63,390 nucleotides of DNA from an uncultured Clostridium sp. (GCA_964545285.1 CAZJEW010000001.1:1-63390), one strand, 5' to 3'. Positions 20,651 through 33,155 are shown, counted from the first letter of the stretch. Numbers and translations: made by a program. Notes: generated by a model from the sequence alone, not told the origin.

Positions 20651-21413
20651 CTAATATAAATTCCTTTTTTTCACCATCTTCACTTGTCAAAATATATTTT
20701 TTATTTGGAATATCCAAAAAAGTTACTATCCCTTTGAATCCTTCCTTTTCTAACCTTTGACCATATTCAGGAAGTATACTCCTGTTATTAGTATATAATT
20801 CATCCTCATACTTTAAACAGCATAACAATCTTCCACAAAGACCATTAATTTTAGTTGGATTAAGGGCTAAATTTTGATTTTTAACCATATTAATAGTAAC
20901 AGAATCTAAATCATTTAAAAAACAAGAACAACATAATTTTCTTCCGCATGGTCCTACACCAGATATTTCTTTTGCTTTATCTCTTACGCCTACCTGTCTT
21001 AGTTCGATTCTTGTCTTATATATACCAGCTAATGATTTAGCTAATTCTCTAAAATCCACTCTTCCGTCGGATAAAAATTGAAATATCAACTGTCTTTGAT
21101 CAAATGTATAAAAAGCATCAATAAATTTCATACTTAATTTAAAATCGTTTGATAACTCTTGAGCTTTAATTACTGCTTTTTCTGCTTCCTTGATATTGTT
21201 CTCATTTTGTTTAATATCTTTAGCTGTGGCAACTTTGACTACTTTGGCATGTTCTTTTTCTGATGTATTCTTGCATATATTAACAATTTTTCCAAATTGC
21301 AAACCTCTTTCAGTTTCTACTACAACGTAATCATTTATTTCCAGTTCTAAATTGTTATCAAAAAAAGCATATTGTTTTCCTTTACTCTTAAATTCAACAT
21401 ATACTATTTTCAT
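20607..21413 (-). CDS. ricT: PSP1-domain stage 0 sporulation protein RicT/YaaT
   Basis: PSP1 C-terminal domain with the conserved Cys cluster (GPCGRKLCCSCFL, GLCGRLLCCLKYE). Confidence 0.85.
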   Translation of the reverse strand: MKIVYVEFKSKGKQYAFFDNNLELEINDYVVVETERGLQFGKIVNICKNTSEKEHAKVVKVATAKDIKQNENNIKEAEKAVIKAQELSNDFKLSMKFIDAFYTFDQRQLIFQFLSDGRVDFRELAKSLAGIYKTRIELRQVGVRDKAKEISGVGPCGRKLCCSCFLNDLDSVTINMVKNQNLALNPTKINGLCGRLLCCLKYEDELYTNNRSILPEYGQRLEKEGFKGIVTFLDIPNKKYILTSEDGEKKEFILDDKCEKCEKKCSRK

Positions 21414-22200
21414 AATTACACCTCCATAAATCTACTATTAATTTATCAATAAACAAATCTTTATTAATGTTAATATTGCTTTTTTGAATTAGACTATTAA
21501 TAATTAATATTTTTTTACACAATAATTCTACAGAACTACAGGAAATTTTATCATACTTTTCATTCATTATATAACCAACCTTATTATATAATATTGACAA
21601 ATAAATATTATACATTTGTTTAATAACCAGTTTGAACAAATCTCTATCAACTATTATACTATAAATATCACTATTTTTTCCAATAGTTTTTAATTCATTT
21701 TTCTCTATTGCATTAATAGTATCTAATGCTATTTTTGATACTTTCTCATCGCTTTCATAATCTATTGTAGATGATATAAATATTTCTTGGCATCTACTCC
21801 TAATTGTTTTAACTACATTGTCTATATTTGATGTAATTAAAAAAGCATATGTGTTAGGAAATGGTTCTTCTATTGTTTTTAATAACTTATTAAATAAATT
21901 ATCAGAAAGAAGATCAAAATTAGTAATTATATATGCCTTTTTACCATGAATCTGAGAAGTTGTAGACAAATTTGCTAACAATTCATTTATCTGATCTTTA
22001 TTAATAGTCTTTCCGTCAGGTTCTAAAACTATAATATCAGGGTTGTTATCTATAGAAGTTTTTTCTTTAAAGATATAGTCAGATAATACTTTTTCAATTT
22101 CATCTTTACACAATAAATAATTTGTGTTTCCAATTAAAAAAGCGTGACTTATTTTATTTTCACGATTCATATTTGAAAAATAATCATATATTTTTTTCAT
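21394..22200 (-). CDS. holB: DNA polymerase III delta' subunit HolB
   Basis: HAFLI, NKLLKTIEEP, TIRSRCQ motifs. Confidence 0.8.
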   Translation of the reverse strand: MKKIYDYFSNMNRENKISHAFLIGNTNYLLCKDEIEKVLSDYIFKEKTSIDNNPDIIVLEPDGKTINKDQINELLANLSTTSQIHGKKAYIITNFDLLSDNLFNKLLKTIEEPFPNTYAFLITSNIDNVVKTIRSRCQEIFISSTIDYESDEKVSKIALDTINAIEKNELKTIGKNSDIYSIIVDRDLFKLVIKQMYNIYLSILYNKVGYIMNEKYDKISCSSVELLCKKILIINSLIQKSNININKDLFIDKLIVDLWRCNYENSIC

Positions 22201-22208
22201 AAGTACTC

Positions 22209-22382
22209 CTATAATATTAAAATAAGAAAAACAATCCCAATTATTCCAGAAAAATCAAATAACGAAACTAAAATTATTGTGTATATATTTATTGGGATTA
22301 TTATTGAATAATTATAAATAATTACATTAATAGTGTACAATATACATAGAGAATATACAATTCTTTTTAATATATAAATCAT
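22209..22382 (-). CDS. possible 57-aa hydrophobic peptide (below the ORF-track cutoff)
   Basis: My own translation is MIYILKRIVYSLCILYTINVIIYNYSIIIPINIYTIILVSLFDFSGIIGIVFLILIL. Its stop abuts the holB RBS. I found no SD, and an AT-rich spacer could produce this ORF by chance. Confidence 0.2.
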   Translation of the reverse strand: MIYILKRIVYSLCILYTINVIIYNYSIIIPINIYTIILVSLFDFSGIIGIVFLILIL

Positions 22383-22419
22383 CTGAACTCCTATTAATTA
22401 ATATGAATATTGTATTCTA

Positions 22420-23016
22420 TTATGACATTGTTTTTCTGTCATCTAATGCTTTTGAAATCATTATAGGATCTAAATAATCAATATCTCCTCCCATAGGGAT
22501 TCCGTAAGACAATCTAGATATTTTTAAGTTTCTATTTTCTAATTTTTTTTGAATATATAGAGAGGTAACCTCTCCTTCTATTGAAGGATTTAATGCTATA
22601 ATAATTTCTTTAGTAGAAGAAGATATTTTATTGATTAATTTTGATAAATTTAAATCTTCAGGGTTAACTCCATCAATAGGTGATATTAAGCCGTTTAAAA
22701 CAAAAAACTCTCCAGTATATTTGTTAGTTCTTTCGATTGAAAACACAGTTTTAGAATCTTCGACAATACAAATTACACTGTGATTCCTATCTTTATCAGA
22801 ACATATTGAACATAATTCATCGTCAGATAAACAATTGCACGAAATACATCTTTTAATGTTTTTTTTAAAATTAATCAAAGCATCAGATAAATTTATTATA
22901 TCCTCTATGTTTCTTTTTTCAAGAGAATAAACGTATCTCTCAGCAGTTTTTTCTCCAACACCAGGTAACATTTCCAAACTATTCTTTAATAATTCAAAAC
23001 TTTTTGGAACTGCCAT
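22420..23016 (-). CDS. recR: recombination protein RecR
   Basis: HhH (LPGVGEKTAER), C4 zinc finger (CISCNC...CSICSD), Toprim domain. Confidence 0.95.
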   Translation of the reverse strand: MAVPKSFELLKNSLEMLPGVGEKTAERYVYSLEKRNIEDIINLSDALINFKKNIKRCISCNCLSDDELCSICSDKDRNHSVICIVEDSKTVFSIERTNKYTGEFFVLNGLISPIDGVNPEDLNLSKLINKISSSTKEIIIALNPSIEGEVTSLYIQKKLENRNLKISRLSYGIPMGGDIDYLDPIMISKALDDRKTMS

Positions 23017-23327
23017 TAAAATAATCCTCCTAAACCACCAGTATATTTACCAAGTTTTTCATCTTTTTCAGATTTCACCTGATTTAAAACATCATTTATG
23101 GCTACAACAATAACGTCTTCAAGCATTTCTCTATCTTGGATTATATCCTCATTTTTAATCGTTACACGTTTGATATTGTTTTTGCCTGTAGCAATTACAC
23201 ATATATTGTTATCTTCGTGTGTAAATTCTTTCAATTCAATTTCTTTTGTCTTTTTTTCTAAATCACCTTGTATTTTTTTTGCTTGTTGCATAAGAGCTTG
23301 CATATTCATATTTATCATCCCTTTCAT
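23016..23327 (-). CDS. ybaB: nucleoid-associated protein YbaB/EbfC
   Basis: Conserved dnaX-ybaB-recR order; typical size and sequence (QQAKKIQGDLEK...GLGGLF). Confidence 0.9.
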   Translation of the reverse strand: MKGMINMNMQALMQQAKKIQGDLEKKTKEIELKEFTHEDNNICVIATGKNNIKRVTIKNEDIIQDREMLEDVIVVAINDVLNQVKSEKDEKLGKYTGGLGGLF

Positions 23328-24949
23328 TGAATGGTGACTATTTCATCACCAAAAATATTTATAGCTTCTTTTTCTAATTCGCTTTTACTCTTTTTATTAT
23401 TGCTTTTCAACTCATCAATAACACTATATTTTATACCATTTGATAAATCATTTATATATTTATCTTTAATTTTTATCCAACTTTTTTCATCTATTGCCAC
23501 AACACTATATTTGCTTTTATATACCAAATTTAATAATTTTTCAATAGCTTCTGTATTTTTATCAAATAAAACGACTTCGAATTTGTTTTTAAATGAAAAT
23601 AAAATATATTTTTTCGAAACGACTTCAGGTGTAGCTTTTAACATTAGACTTGACACTGAGTTATATTCAATATTAGAAATATAGTTATCTATATCGCTAT
23701 ATTTTTTTATAAAAGAAATTTTCATATTTTTATCAGCAAGTGCTAGACAGTTGTTAATCATTATGTCCTTATTATCTGAACATTTAAATGTACTATCAGT
23801 CGATTCGCTTTTTTCTAATGAAGATATCTTTATCGGAGTTTCAGATGATTTATTGCTTTCCTTAATGGTTTCATTATCTTTTTTAAATAAAAGTGAAGAT
23901 TTTATATAATATGTCTCAAATAAAGTTTTTTGATTGTCAGATTTTTTCATAATGATTGATAAATCAAACAATTCAGAAGATAGTTTAATCATTTTATCAA
24001 TATTTAATCCGATAAATCTATCCAGCAACTTACTATATTCACTATCAAAATAATTAATAGTATTATCGTATATTATAACATCTCTGACCACATTTAATAA
24101 TCTTTCACAAATATTATAAAAATTATTTCCATTTTGATATAAAACATCAATAATAGACAGTCCCTCTTTAATATCGAAATCAACAATATTATCCAGTATC
24201 TTGAAAACAATATCCTGCGGAACATCACCAACAAGATCATAAACATCATCTACGCAAACGTTTGTTTTGTTTAATGAAGACAACTGATCTAAATAGTTTA
24301 AAGCATCCCTGAAGGAACCGTCACTAATTTCAGCAACCAATTTGATTACTGAATCATCAATTTTGCTTTTTTCTTTTGATACTATATACTTAAGTCTTTT
24401 TTCAAGTATTTGTGGCGAAATTTTCTTAAAGTCCAGTTTCTGGCATCTAGATAAAACAGTCAAAGGAACCTTATTAATTTCAGTAGTTGCAAGTATAAAA
24501 ACAACATGCTCTGGCGGTTCCTCTAAAGTTTTCAGTAGCGCATTAAATGCACTTGTAGATAGCATATGTACTTCATCTATAATATACACTTTATATTTTA
24601 AGAAACTAGGCATTAATGTTACGTTGTTTCTTATTTCTCTTATTTCATCAACGCCGTTATTACTAGCTGCATCAATTTCAACGATATCCATTATGTTATC
24701 ATCAATATTTTTACATATGTCACACTTTTGACAAGCTTCTCCATCAATCGGGTTTAAACAATTAATAGTACGAGAAAATATTTTAGCTACGCTGGTTTTT
24801 CCAGTTCCTCTAGGCCCACTAAAAACATATGCATGGCCAATTTTATTATTAATAATACTGTTTTTAAGTATTTTAACAACCGTATCTTGTCCATTGACAT
24901 CATTAAAATTTTTAGGTCTGTATTTTCTATATAATGCTAAATATGCCAT
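23324..24949 (-). CDS. dnaX: DNA polymerase III subunit tau/gamma DnaX
   Basis: Walker A GPRGTGKTS, zinc module CQKCDICKN, DEVHML, SRC motif (LSRCQ). Confidence 0.95.
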   Translation of the reverse strand: MAYLALYRKYRPKNFNDVNGQDTVVKILKNSIINNKIGHAYVFSGPRGTGKTSVAKIFSRTINCLNPIDGEACQKCDICKNIDDNIMDIVEIDAASNNGVDEIREIRNNVTLMPSFLKYKVYIIDEVHMLSTSAFNALLKTLEEPPEHVVFILATTEINKVPLTVLSRCQKLDFKKISPQILEKRLKYIVSKEKSKIDDSVIKLVAEISDGSFRDALNYLDQLSSLNKTNVCVDDVYDLVGDVPQDIVFKILDNIVDFDIKEGLSIIDVLYQNGNNFYNICERLLNVVRDVIIYDNTINYFDSEYSKLLDRFIGLNIDKMIKLSSELFDLSIIMKKSDNQKTLFETYYIKSSLLFKKDNETIKESNKSSETPIKISSLEKSESTDSTFKCSDNKDIMINNCLALADKNMKISFIKKYSDIDNYISNIEYNSVSSLMLKATPEVVSKKYILFSFKNKFEVVLFDKNTEAIEKLLNLVYKSKYSVVAIDEKSWIKIKDKYINDLSNGIKYSVIDELKSNNKKSKSELEKEAINIFGDEIVTIQ

Positions 24950-24992
24950 AATTCCTCCGTAAATATATTATATCAAATTAAGAGTTATATTT

Positions 24993-25412
24993 CTATCTTT
25001 TATCTTTAAAAAACGATATAAGTTTATCTTGAAAGAAAGGAAATTCGTCATGTGATTTTAAATATTTTGTGTAGGAAACGATGTTTAATGTACTTGATAT
25101 ATTTTTATTATTGTCAGTAATATATATAACCGTTTTAATTCTTGATTCCTCAATTACATCTACACACATTTTGCATGGTTTTAATGAAACATACATTGTG
25201 CAGTCATTTAGATTCCATGTTTTCAATTTGTTTGATGCTTGTTTTATACATAAAATTTCTGCATGTGCTAAGGGATTATTTAATTGTATTTTTTTATTAT
25301 GATTATGTGCTATAATTTTTTCATCTTTTGTTATAACACAAGCAACAGGGACTTCTCCTTCCGCGATTGCTTTTATTACTTCTCTTTCAAGCAAACTAAT
25401 TACTTTTTTCAT
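24993..25412 (-). CDS. tadA: tRNA-specific adenosine deaminase TadA
   Basis: HAEILC and PCKMC zinc motifs. Start trimmed to MKKVISLL (AAGGAAG RBS). The longer ORF-track start at 25439 would run into the SRP RNA. Confidence 0.88.
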   Translation of the reverse strand: MKKVISLLEREVIKAIAEGEVPVACVITKDEKIIAHNHNKKIQLNNPLAHAEILCIKQASNKLKTWNLNDCTMYVSLKPCKMCVDVIEESRIKTVIYITDNNKNISSTLNIVSYTKYLKSHDEFPFFQDKLISFFKDKR

Positions 25413-25427
25413 TTCTTCCTTTATAAA

Positions 25428-25505
25428 AATAGTGCACATGCAAGTTGTGTTTATGGCTGCTTTCTTCCGATTCTGACCCGTTCACACTTCTTGCATTGCA
25501 CTGAT
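25428..25505 (-). ncRNA. ffs: small (4.5S-type) signal recognition particle RNA
   Basis: The minus strand reads AGUGCAAUGCAAGAAGUGUGAACGGGUCAGAAUCGGAAGAAAGCAGCCAUAAACACAACUUGCAUGUGCACU. It has the domain IV signature GUCAG..CGGAAG.AAGCAGC with a GGAA tetraloop. The 5' and 3' arms pair into a long hairpin, followed by UAUUUUU. A TTGATA-17-TATAAT promoter lies 7 nt upstream. Confidence 0.72.
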
Positions 25506-25508
25506 AAT

Positions 25509-25537
25509 ATTATATCAAATCAAAAGCATAATATCAA
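25509..25537 (-). promoter_or_regulatory. sigma-A type promoter of ffs
   Basis: Minus strand: TTGATA (25532-25537), 17-nt spacer, TATAAT (25509-25514). Confidence 0.6.
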
Positions 25538-25547
25538 CATTTTTACA

Positions 25548-25763
25548 ATGTTCCACGTGGAACATTATATTTTAACATATAGTATAGAACTTATTTAGAA
25601 AGTATTAATTATAATATATAAAAATATTTCCCGGGAAATATTTTGTTCGTGTTGTGTTTTTGTTTTTATGTTCCACGTGAAACATAAAAGACATTATTTA
25701 TTTCCCGGGAAATAATTTACTATATTTTTGTGTTAAAAATCAACAATGTTCCACGTGGAACAT
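25548..25763. repeat. array of five alternating palindromes (three ATGTTCCACGTGGAACAT-type, two TATTTCCCGGGAAATA)
   Basis: P1 at 25548-25565 (perfect), 25668-25685 (one arm mismatch) and 25746-25763 (perfect). P2 at 25625-25640 and 25699-25714 (both perfect). Confidence 0.85.
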
Positions 25764-25776
25764 AAAAAAAGAAGCG

Positions 25777-28251
25777 TTATTCTGCTTCTTCTGCGTTTTC
25801 AGTTACATTATCTTCATGATCGATAATTGATATAGATGCAACTTTACTATCATATTTAAGATTAAGTAATCTGACTCCTTGTGTTACACGTCCCATACTT
25901 GAAACTGTTGAAACAGGAATTCTGATAACTATGCCTTCATTAGTAACTATCATAAGATCTTTTTCTTCTGTACAATTTTTGAAACCTATTATATTACCAT
26001 TCTTTTCTGTAATATTTAGTGTACTAACACCTTTACTTCCTCTTTTAGTTTTCCTATATTCTTCTGTCAAGGTTTTCTTACCATACCCATTTTCAGTAAC
26101 CACTAAAACATTTGTATTCATATTCGTAACTTCAGTTCCTACACAAGTATCACTTGTTAAATTAATTCCTTTAACACCTGATGCAGTTCTGCCCATTACT
26201 CTGATTTCATTTTCATCGTATCTTGCCATTCTTCCCTTTGAAGAACACATTAATACTTCGTATGTTCCATCAGTATTAGAAACTGATATTAATTCATCGT
26301 CTTCTTTTAAAGAAATGGCAATTTTACCGCTCAGCCTAATATTATCAAACTCAGATATTAAAGTTCTTTTAACTAATCCGTTTTTGGTACTAAATAGAAG
26401 AAATTTATCACTATTATCATTTTCAATTTTAACAACAGCATTAACTTTTTCATCTTTGTCGATTTGAATTAAATTAATTAGAGGCAATCCTTTTGCTGTT
26501 CTTGAAAATTCTGGTATTTCATAGCCTTTCAATCTGTATGCTTTTCCTTTATTAGTTAAAAACAATACATAATCATGAGTGTTTAAAGATATTATATTTT
26601 CAACGAAATCTTCTTCGTTTGTAGTCATACCCTTAATACCAACACCACCTCTATTTTGTGCTTTGTAAGTATCTGTTGTAATCCTTTTAATATATCCTTT
26701 TTTAGTAATAGTCAATACAATATTTTCGTTAGGAATTAATGACTCGTCTTCGATAAATTCTATTGCAGTATTATCTATTCTTGTCTTTCTTTCATCTCCA
26801 TACTTATCTTTAATTTCAGTCATTTCGTTCTTTAACAGTTCTAATAGTTTATTTTCATTAGATAAAATTTCTTTATATTCTTGAATTAATTTAAGCAATT
26901 CATTTAATTCCTCATCTATTTTATCACGCTCTAAACCTGTTAATCTTCTTAATTTCATTTCTAAAATAGCTTCGCATTGTGCATCAGATAATGCAAACTT
27001 ACTCATTAATTGCTCTTTAGCTAAAATGTCGCTCTTTGAAGATTTAATAATTCTTATTACTTCATCAATATTATCTAAAGCAATTTTATATCCTTCTAAT
27101 ATATGGGATCTAGCTTCTGCTTTTGATAAATTAAATTCAGTTCTCCTATAAATAACACTTTTTTGATATTCAATGTAGTATTTTATAATATCAATTAAAC
27201 CTAATATTTTTGGTCTTCCGTCATGTATCATTAACATGTTTATTCCAAAAGTTGATTGTAGTTGAGTAAACTTAAATAAGTTATTTAAAACAACATTAGC
27301 ATTTGAATCTCTTCTAAGATCTATAATTATCTTCATTCCGTGATCTAAATTTGTATCATCATGCAAGTCGGCAATACCATCAATAGTTTTATCTGCAACT
27401 AATTCAGCTATTCTATGTATTAATGCATTTTTATTTAATTGGTAAGGTATTTCTGTAATAATTATTTGACTATGATTGTTGTTTTCCACTATTTCAACTT
27501 TTGATCTAATTGTTATTGTACCTTTTCCACATTCGTAAGCTTTTTTAATACCACTTGAACCTAAGATAATAGCACCTGTTGGAAAATCTGGTCCTTTAAT
27601 ATATTCCATCATTTCAGATAATGTAATATCTGGATTATTAATATACGCTATACACCCTTCTAAAACTTCTGATAGGTTATGTGGTGGAATATTAGTAGCC
27701 ATTCCTACTGCAATACCCATTGTTCCATTAACTATGATGTTTGGAAATCTACTTGGTAAAACAACAGGTTCTTTTAAACTTCCATCATAATTTCCTATAA
27801 AATCAACTGTATCCTTGTTAATATCTCTTAACAATTCCATAGATATTTTTCCAAGCCTAGATTCAGTATAACGCATTGCGGCTGCTCCATATCCATCTAT
27901 TGAACCAAAATTACCATGTCCATCAACCAAACAATACCTATAACTAAAATCTTGAGCCATCCTAACAAGAGAATCATATACAGCAGTATCACCATGAGGA
28001 TGATAATTACCAATAACATTTCCTACTGTTTTAGCACTTTTTTGATATGCCTTGTCGGGTGTGAACCCTGATTCAAACATGCTATACAATATTCTTCTGT
28101 GTACGGGTTTTAATCCATCTCTTAAATCAGGTAATGCACGTTGAATAATAACACTCATAGAATATTCCATAAAAGAATCCTCCATAACATTGTTAATATT
28201 TACGTGTTCTAATTTATCGATGTCTTTATTTAATTCATTATTATCTTCCAT
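25777..28251 (-). CDS. gyrA: DNA gyrase subunit A
   Basis: [14 protein letters not shown], catalytic AAMRYTE, C-terminal beta-pinwheel repeats. Confidence 0.97.
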   Translation of the reverse strand: MEDNNELNKDIDKLEHVNINNVMEDSFMEYSMSVIIQRALPDLRDGLKPVHRRILYSMFESGFTPDKAYQKSAKTVGNVIGNYHPHGDTAVYDSLVRMAQDFSYRYCLVDGHGNFGSIDGYGAAAMRYTESRLGKISMELLRDINKDTVDFIGNYDGSLKEPVVLPSRFPNIIVNGTMGIAVGMATNIPPHNLSEVLEGCIAYINNPDITLSEMMEYIKGPDFPTGAIILGSSGIKKAYECGKGTITIRSKVEIVENNNHSQIIITEIPYQLNKNALIHRIAELVADKTIDGIADLHDDTNLDHGMKIIIDLRRDSNANVVLNNLFKFTQLQSTFGINMLMIHDGRPKILGLIDIIKYYIEYQKSVIYRRTEFNLSKAEARSHILEGYKIALDNIDEVIRIIKSSKSDILAKEQLMSKFALSDAQCEAILEMKLRRLTGLERDKIDEELNELLKLIQEYKEILSNENKLLELLKNEMTEIKDKYGDERKTRIDNTAIEFIEDESLIPNENIVLTITKKGYIKRITTDTYKAQNRGGVGIKGMTTNEEDFVENIISLNTHDYVLFLTNKGKAYRLKGYEIPEFSRTAKGLPLINLIQIDKDEKVNAVVKIENDNSDKFLLFSTKNGLVKRTLISEFDNIRLSGKIAISLKEDDELISVSNTDGTYEVLMCSSKGRMARYDENEIRVMGRTASGVKGINLTSDTCVGTEVTNMNTNVLVVTENGYGKKTLTEEYRKTKRGSKGVSTLNITEKNGNIIGFKNCTEEKDLMIVTNEGIVIRIPVSTVSSMGRVTQGVRLLNLKYDSKVASISIIDHEDNVTENAEEAE

Positions 28252-28260
28252 ATTAACCTC

Positions 28261-31252
<2,992 letters not shown>

Positions 31253-31354
31253 TTTAAACCTCTTATACCCACTGAATTTTAATTTAAATGGTTTTTTGGT
31301 ATACCTATACGACATAATAATTATATCATAATTTTAGATTTAAAAAAAGATATT

Positions 31355-31810
31355 TTATATCTTTTTTAATTTTATTCTTTCATCTAACACAATTTTTAAT
31401 CTAGATGCTCTTAATACTTGATTTGTTAATGAACCGATAGAAATATCTAATTCCAAAATATCACCATTTTTAAATTCTATAGCAGATGTATGCTTATTAA
31501 CACTGTAATACTTTCCTACTTGACCTAAATTAATCCAAACACATTCTGATGAATCCGGCGATTTTGTAGGAAAGAATATTATTCCTCTACTTTCTTCGAC
31601 AATAATAGGTGCTTTGTGAGTTATTCCCAATAATGTTTTAGTACCAGATTTTCTACCAATATAAGAACTTCCAAAATACTCACAACTTCTTTCAATGATT
31701 GAATATGGATTTTCTTCAATTATATATTGATTACCATTTTCGATAATTTTTGAACTATTATAGTTTACAGGTAATATTGTTTGAGTATCATTATTTATCT
31801 CATATTTCAT
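31355..31810 (-). CDS. ComK-family protein (competence transcription factor-like, short form)
   Basis: The core RSCEYFGSSYIGRKSGTKTLLGITHKAPIIVEESRGIIFFPTKSPDSSECVWINL aligns with my recollection of B. subtilis ComK (RSCRFFGSSYAGRKAGTYEVTKISHKPPIMVDPSNQIFLFPTLSSTRPQCGWIS). RBS AAAGGGGGAAAA. Confidence 0.75.
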   Translation of the reverse strand: MKYEINNDTQTILPVNYNSSKIIENGNQYIIEENPYSIIERSCEYFGSSYIGRKSGTKTLLGITHKAPIIVEESRGIIFFPTKSPDSSECVWINLGQVGKYYSVNKHTSAIEFKNGDILELDISIGSLTNQVLRASRLKIVLDERIKLKKI

Positions 31811-31881
31811 AGTTTTCCCCCTTTCATTAAATTTGTGTCATATAATAACACATCAATAATGTCGAATTTTGTCGAAAACAT

Positions 31882-31907
31882 AAAAAAATTGCAAAAATGC
31901 AATTTTA
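31882..31907 (-). terminator. intrinsic terminator after dnaN
   Basis: Minus strand: AAAUUGCA-UUU-UGCAAUUU followed by a U-run. Confidence 0.6.
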
Positions 31908-31917
31908 GTTATATAAA

Positions 31918-33042
31918 TTAAAATGTTTTCATTGGCAAAATTAGTTCTGTAACTTCAGCTTTTCCTTCTTCTTTTATAATAATAGGACTAATTTCTCCGT
32001 TCATTAACAATATAATATTTTCACAATCAAATACTTTTAATGCATCAATCATGTACCTAGCACTATAAGATATTTTTATAGCATTATTAGATAGATTATC
32101 AATATTAATACTTTGTTCAAATTTACCAGACTCTTGACTAGAAGCTTTTATTATTAATAAATCTTTATTAATTTCCATTTCTATAATATTTTTATCTTTA
32201 GAATCTGAAATTTTTGAAGCGCTATTTACAACGGATAAAACTTCTTTAATATTAACTTTTAATGAGTTTTTAAACTCTTTTGGAATAGAATTATCTGTAT
32301 TCGGATATGTGCCATTCAATAAAGATGATTGAAATTTAATATTTTCATACTCAAATAATACTTTTGTATTAGAAATATATATTTTTAATTCACTATCATA
32401 ATTTAATATTTTGTATAATTCACTTATATTTCTTGATGGTATTACGATATTAAATGGATTATTATTTGATTTTTCCATATTTAACTGTATTTTAGATAAT
32501 CTATAGGAATCTGTTGCAACACATTCAAATATATCTCCTACAAGTTTAATGTTAACACCTGTTAATAATCTTCTACTTTCTTGATTTGAACATGCAAATA
32601 CTGTTTTGCTAATAATATCTTTAAATTTTATAGCATCTAGTTTAATTAAATTTTCATTTTCTTCAAATTTGATATTTGGAAAATCATTTGAAGGAAAGCA
32701 ATTAGATTTATAAATGAAATTATTTGATTTAAATGTGATTTCATTTTCATCGAAATTTTCAATTGAAATTTCAGATTCAATTGGTAAATCTTTTAATAAA
32801 TCTAATAATAATCTACCTTTTGATATTACTATGATTCCTTCTTCATCAATACTGATAATATCTTTTTTATTAATAAATATTTCTATAGATATATCATTAT
32901 CACTTGAAGTTAAATACAATCCACTCTTTTTTAATTCAAATTTTATACCATTTAATACTGGAATAATATTTCTAGTAGAAAGAGCTTTTGTAACATTTTC
33001 TAAACTACTTACAATTATTTCTTTTTTTATAATTAATTTCAT
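31918..33042 (-). CDS. dnaN: DNA polymerase III beta sliding clamp
   Basis: 374 aa, directly downstream of dnaA; typical N terminus (LSTRNIIPVLNGIKFEL). Confidence 0.95.
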   Translation of the reverse strand: MKLIIKKEIIVSSLENVTKALSTRNIIPVLNGIKFELKKSGLYLTSSDNDISIEIFINKKDIISIDEEGIIVISKGRLLLDLLKDLPIESEISIENFDENEITFKSNNFIYKSNCFPSNDFPNIKFEENENLIKLDAIKFKDIISKTVFACSNQESRRLLTGVNIKLVGDIFECVATDSYRLSKIQLNMEKSNNNPFNIVIPSRNISELYKILNYDSELKIYISNTKVLFEYENIKFQSSLLNGTYPNTDNSIPKEFKNSLKVNIKEVLSVVNSASKISDSKDKNIIEMEINKDLLIIKASSQESGKFEQSINIDNLSNNAIKISYSARYMIDALKVFDCENIILLMNGEISPIIIKEEGKAEVTELILPMKTF

Positions 33043-33155
33043 ATATTCTCCTTTTATTATTATTATTATTATTAATGTTAATATTGTTAATAACTTAAAT
33101 AAATGTAATATTAATCTTATTTTTAATTGTTAATTTATGTTAACAATTATGTTTA
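33043..33155. other. dnaA-dnaN spacer, probable second part of a bipartite oriC (AT-rich unwinding region plus DnaA-box-like 9-mers)
   Basis: TGTTAATAA at 33085-33093 with several 1-2 mismatch relatives; TTATTCACA at 33156-33164; (TTA)n run at 33055-33075. Confidence 0.5.

Noticed and set aside
25284-25598. 104-aa plus-strand ORF spanning tadA, the SRP RNA and the first palindrome
   Set aside because: It runs antisense to tadA and across a well-supported ncRNA and its promoter, and has no RBS.
25540-25770. A possible CRISPR array, because of the repeated palindromic units
   Set aside because: The repeats are only 16-18 bp and of two different kinds. The spacers are irregular (about 12 to 59 bp), and there are no cas genes. 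This is not CRISPR architecture.
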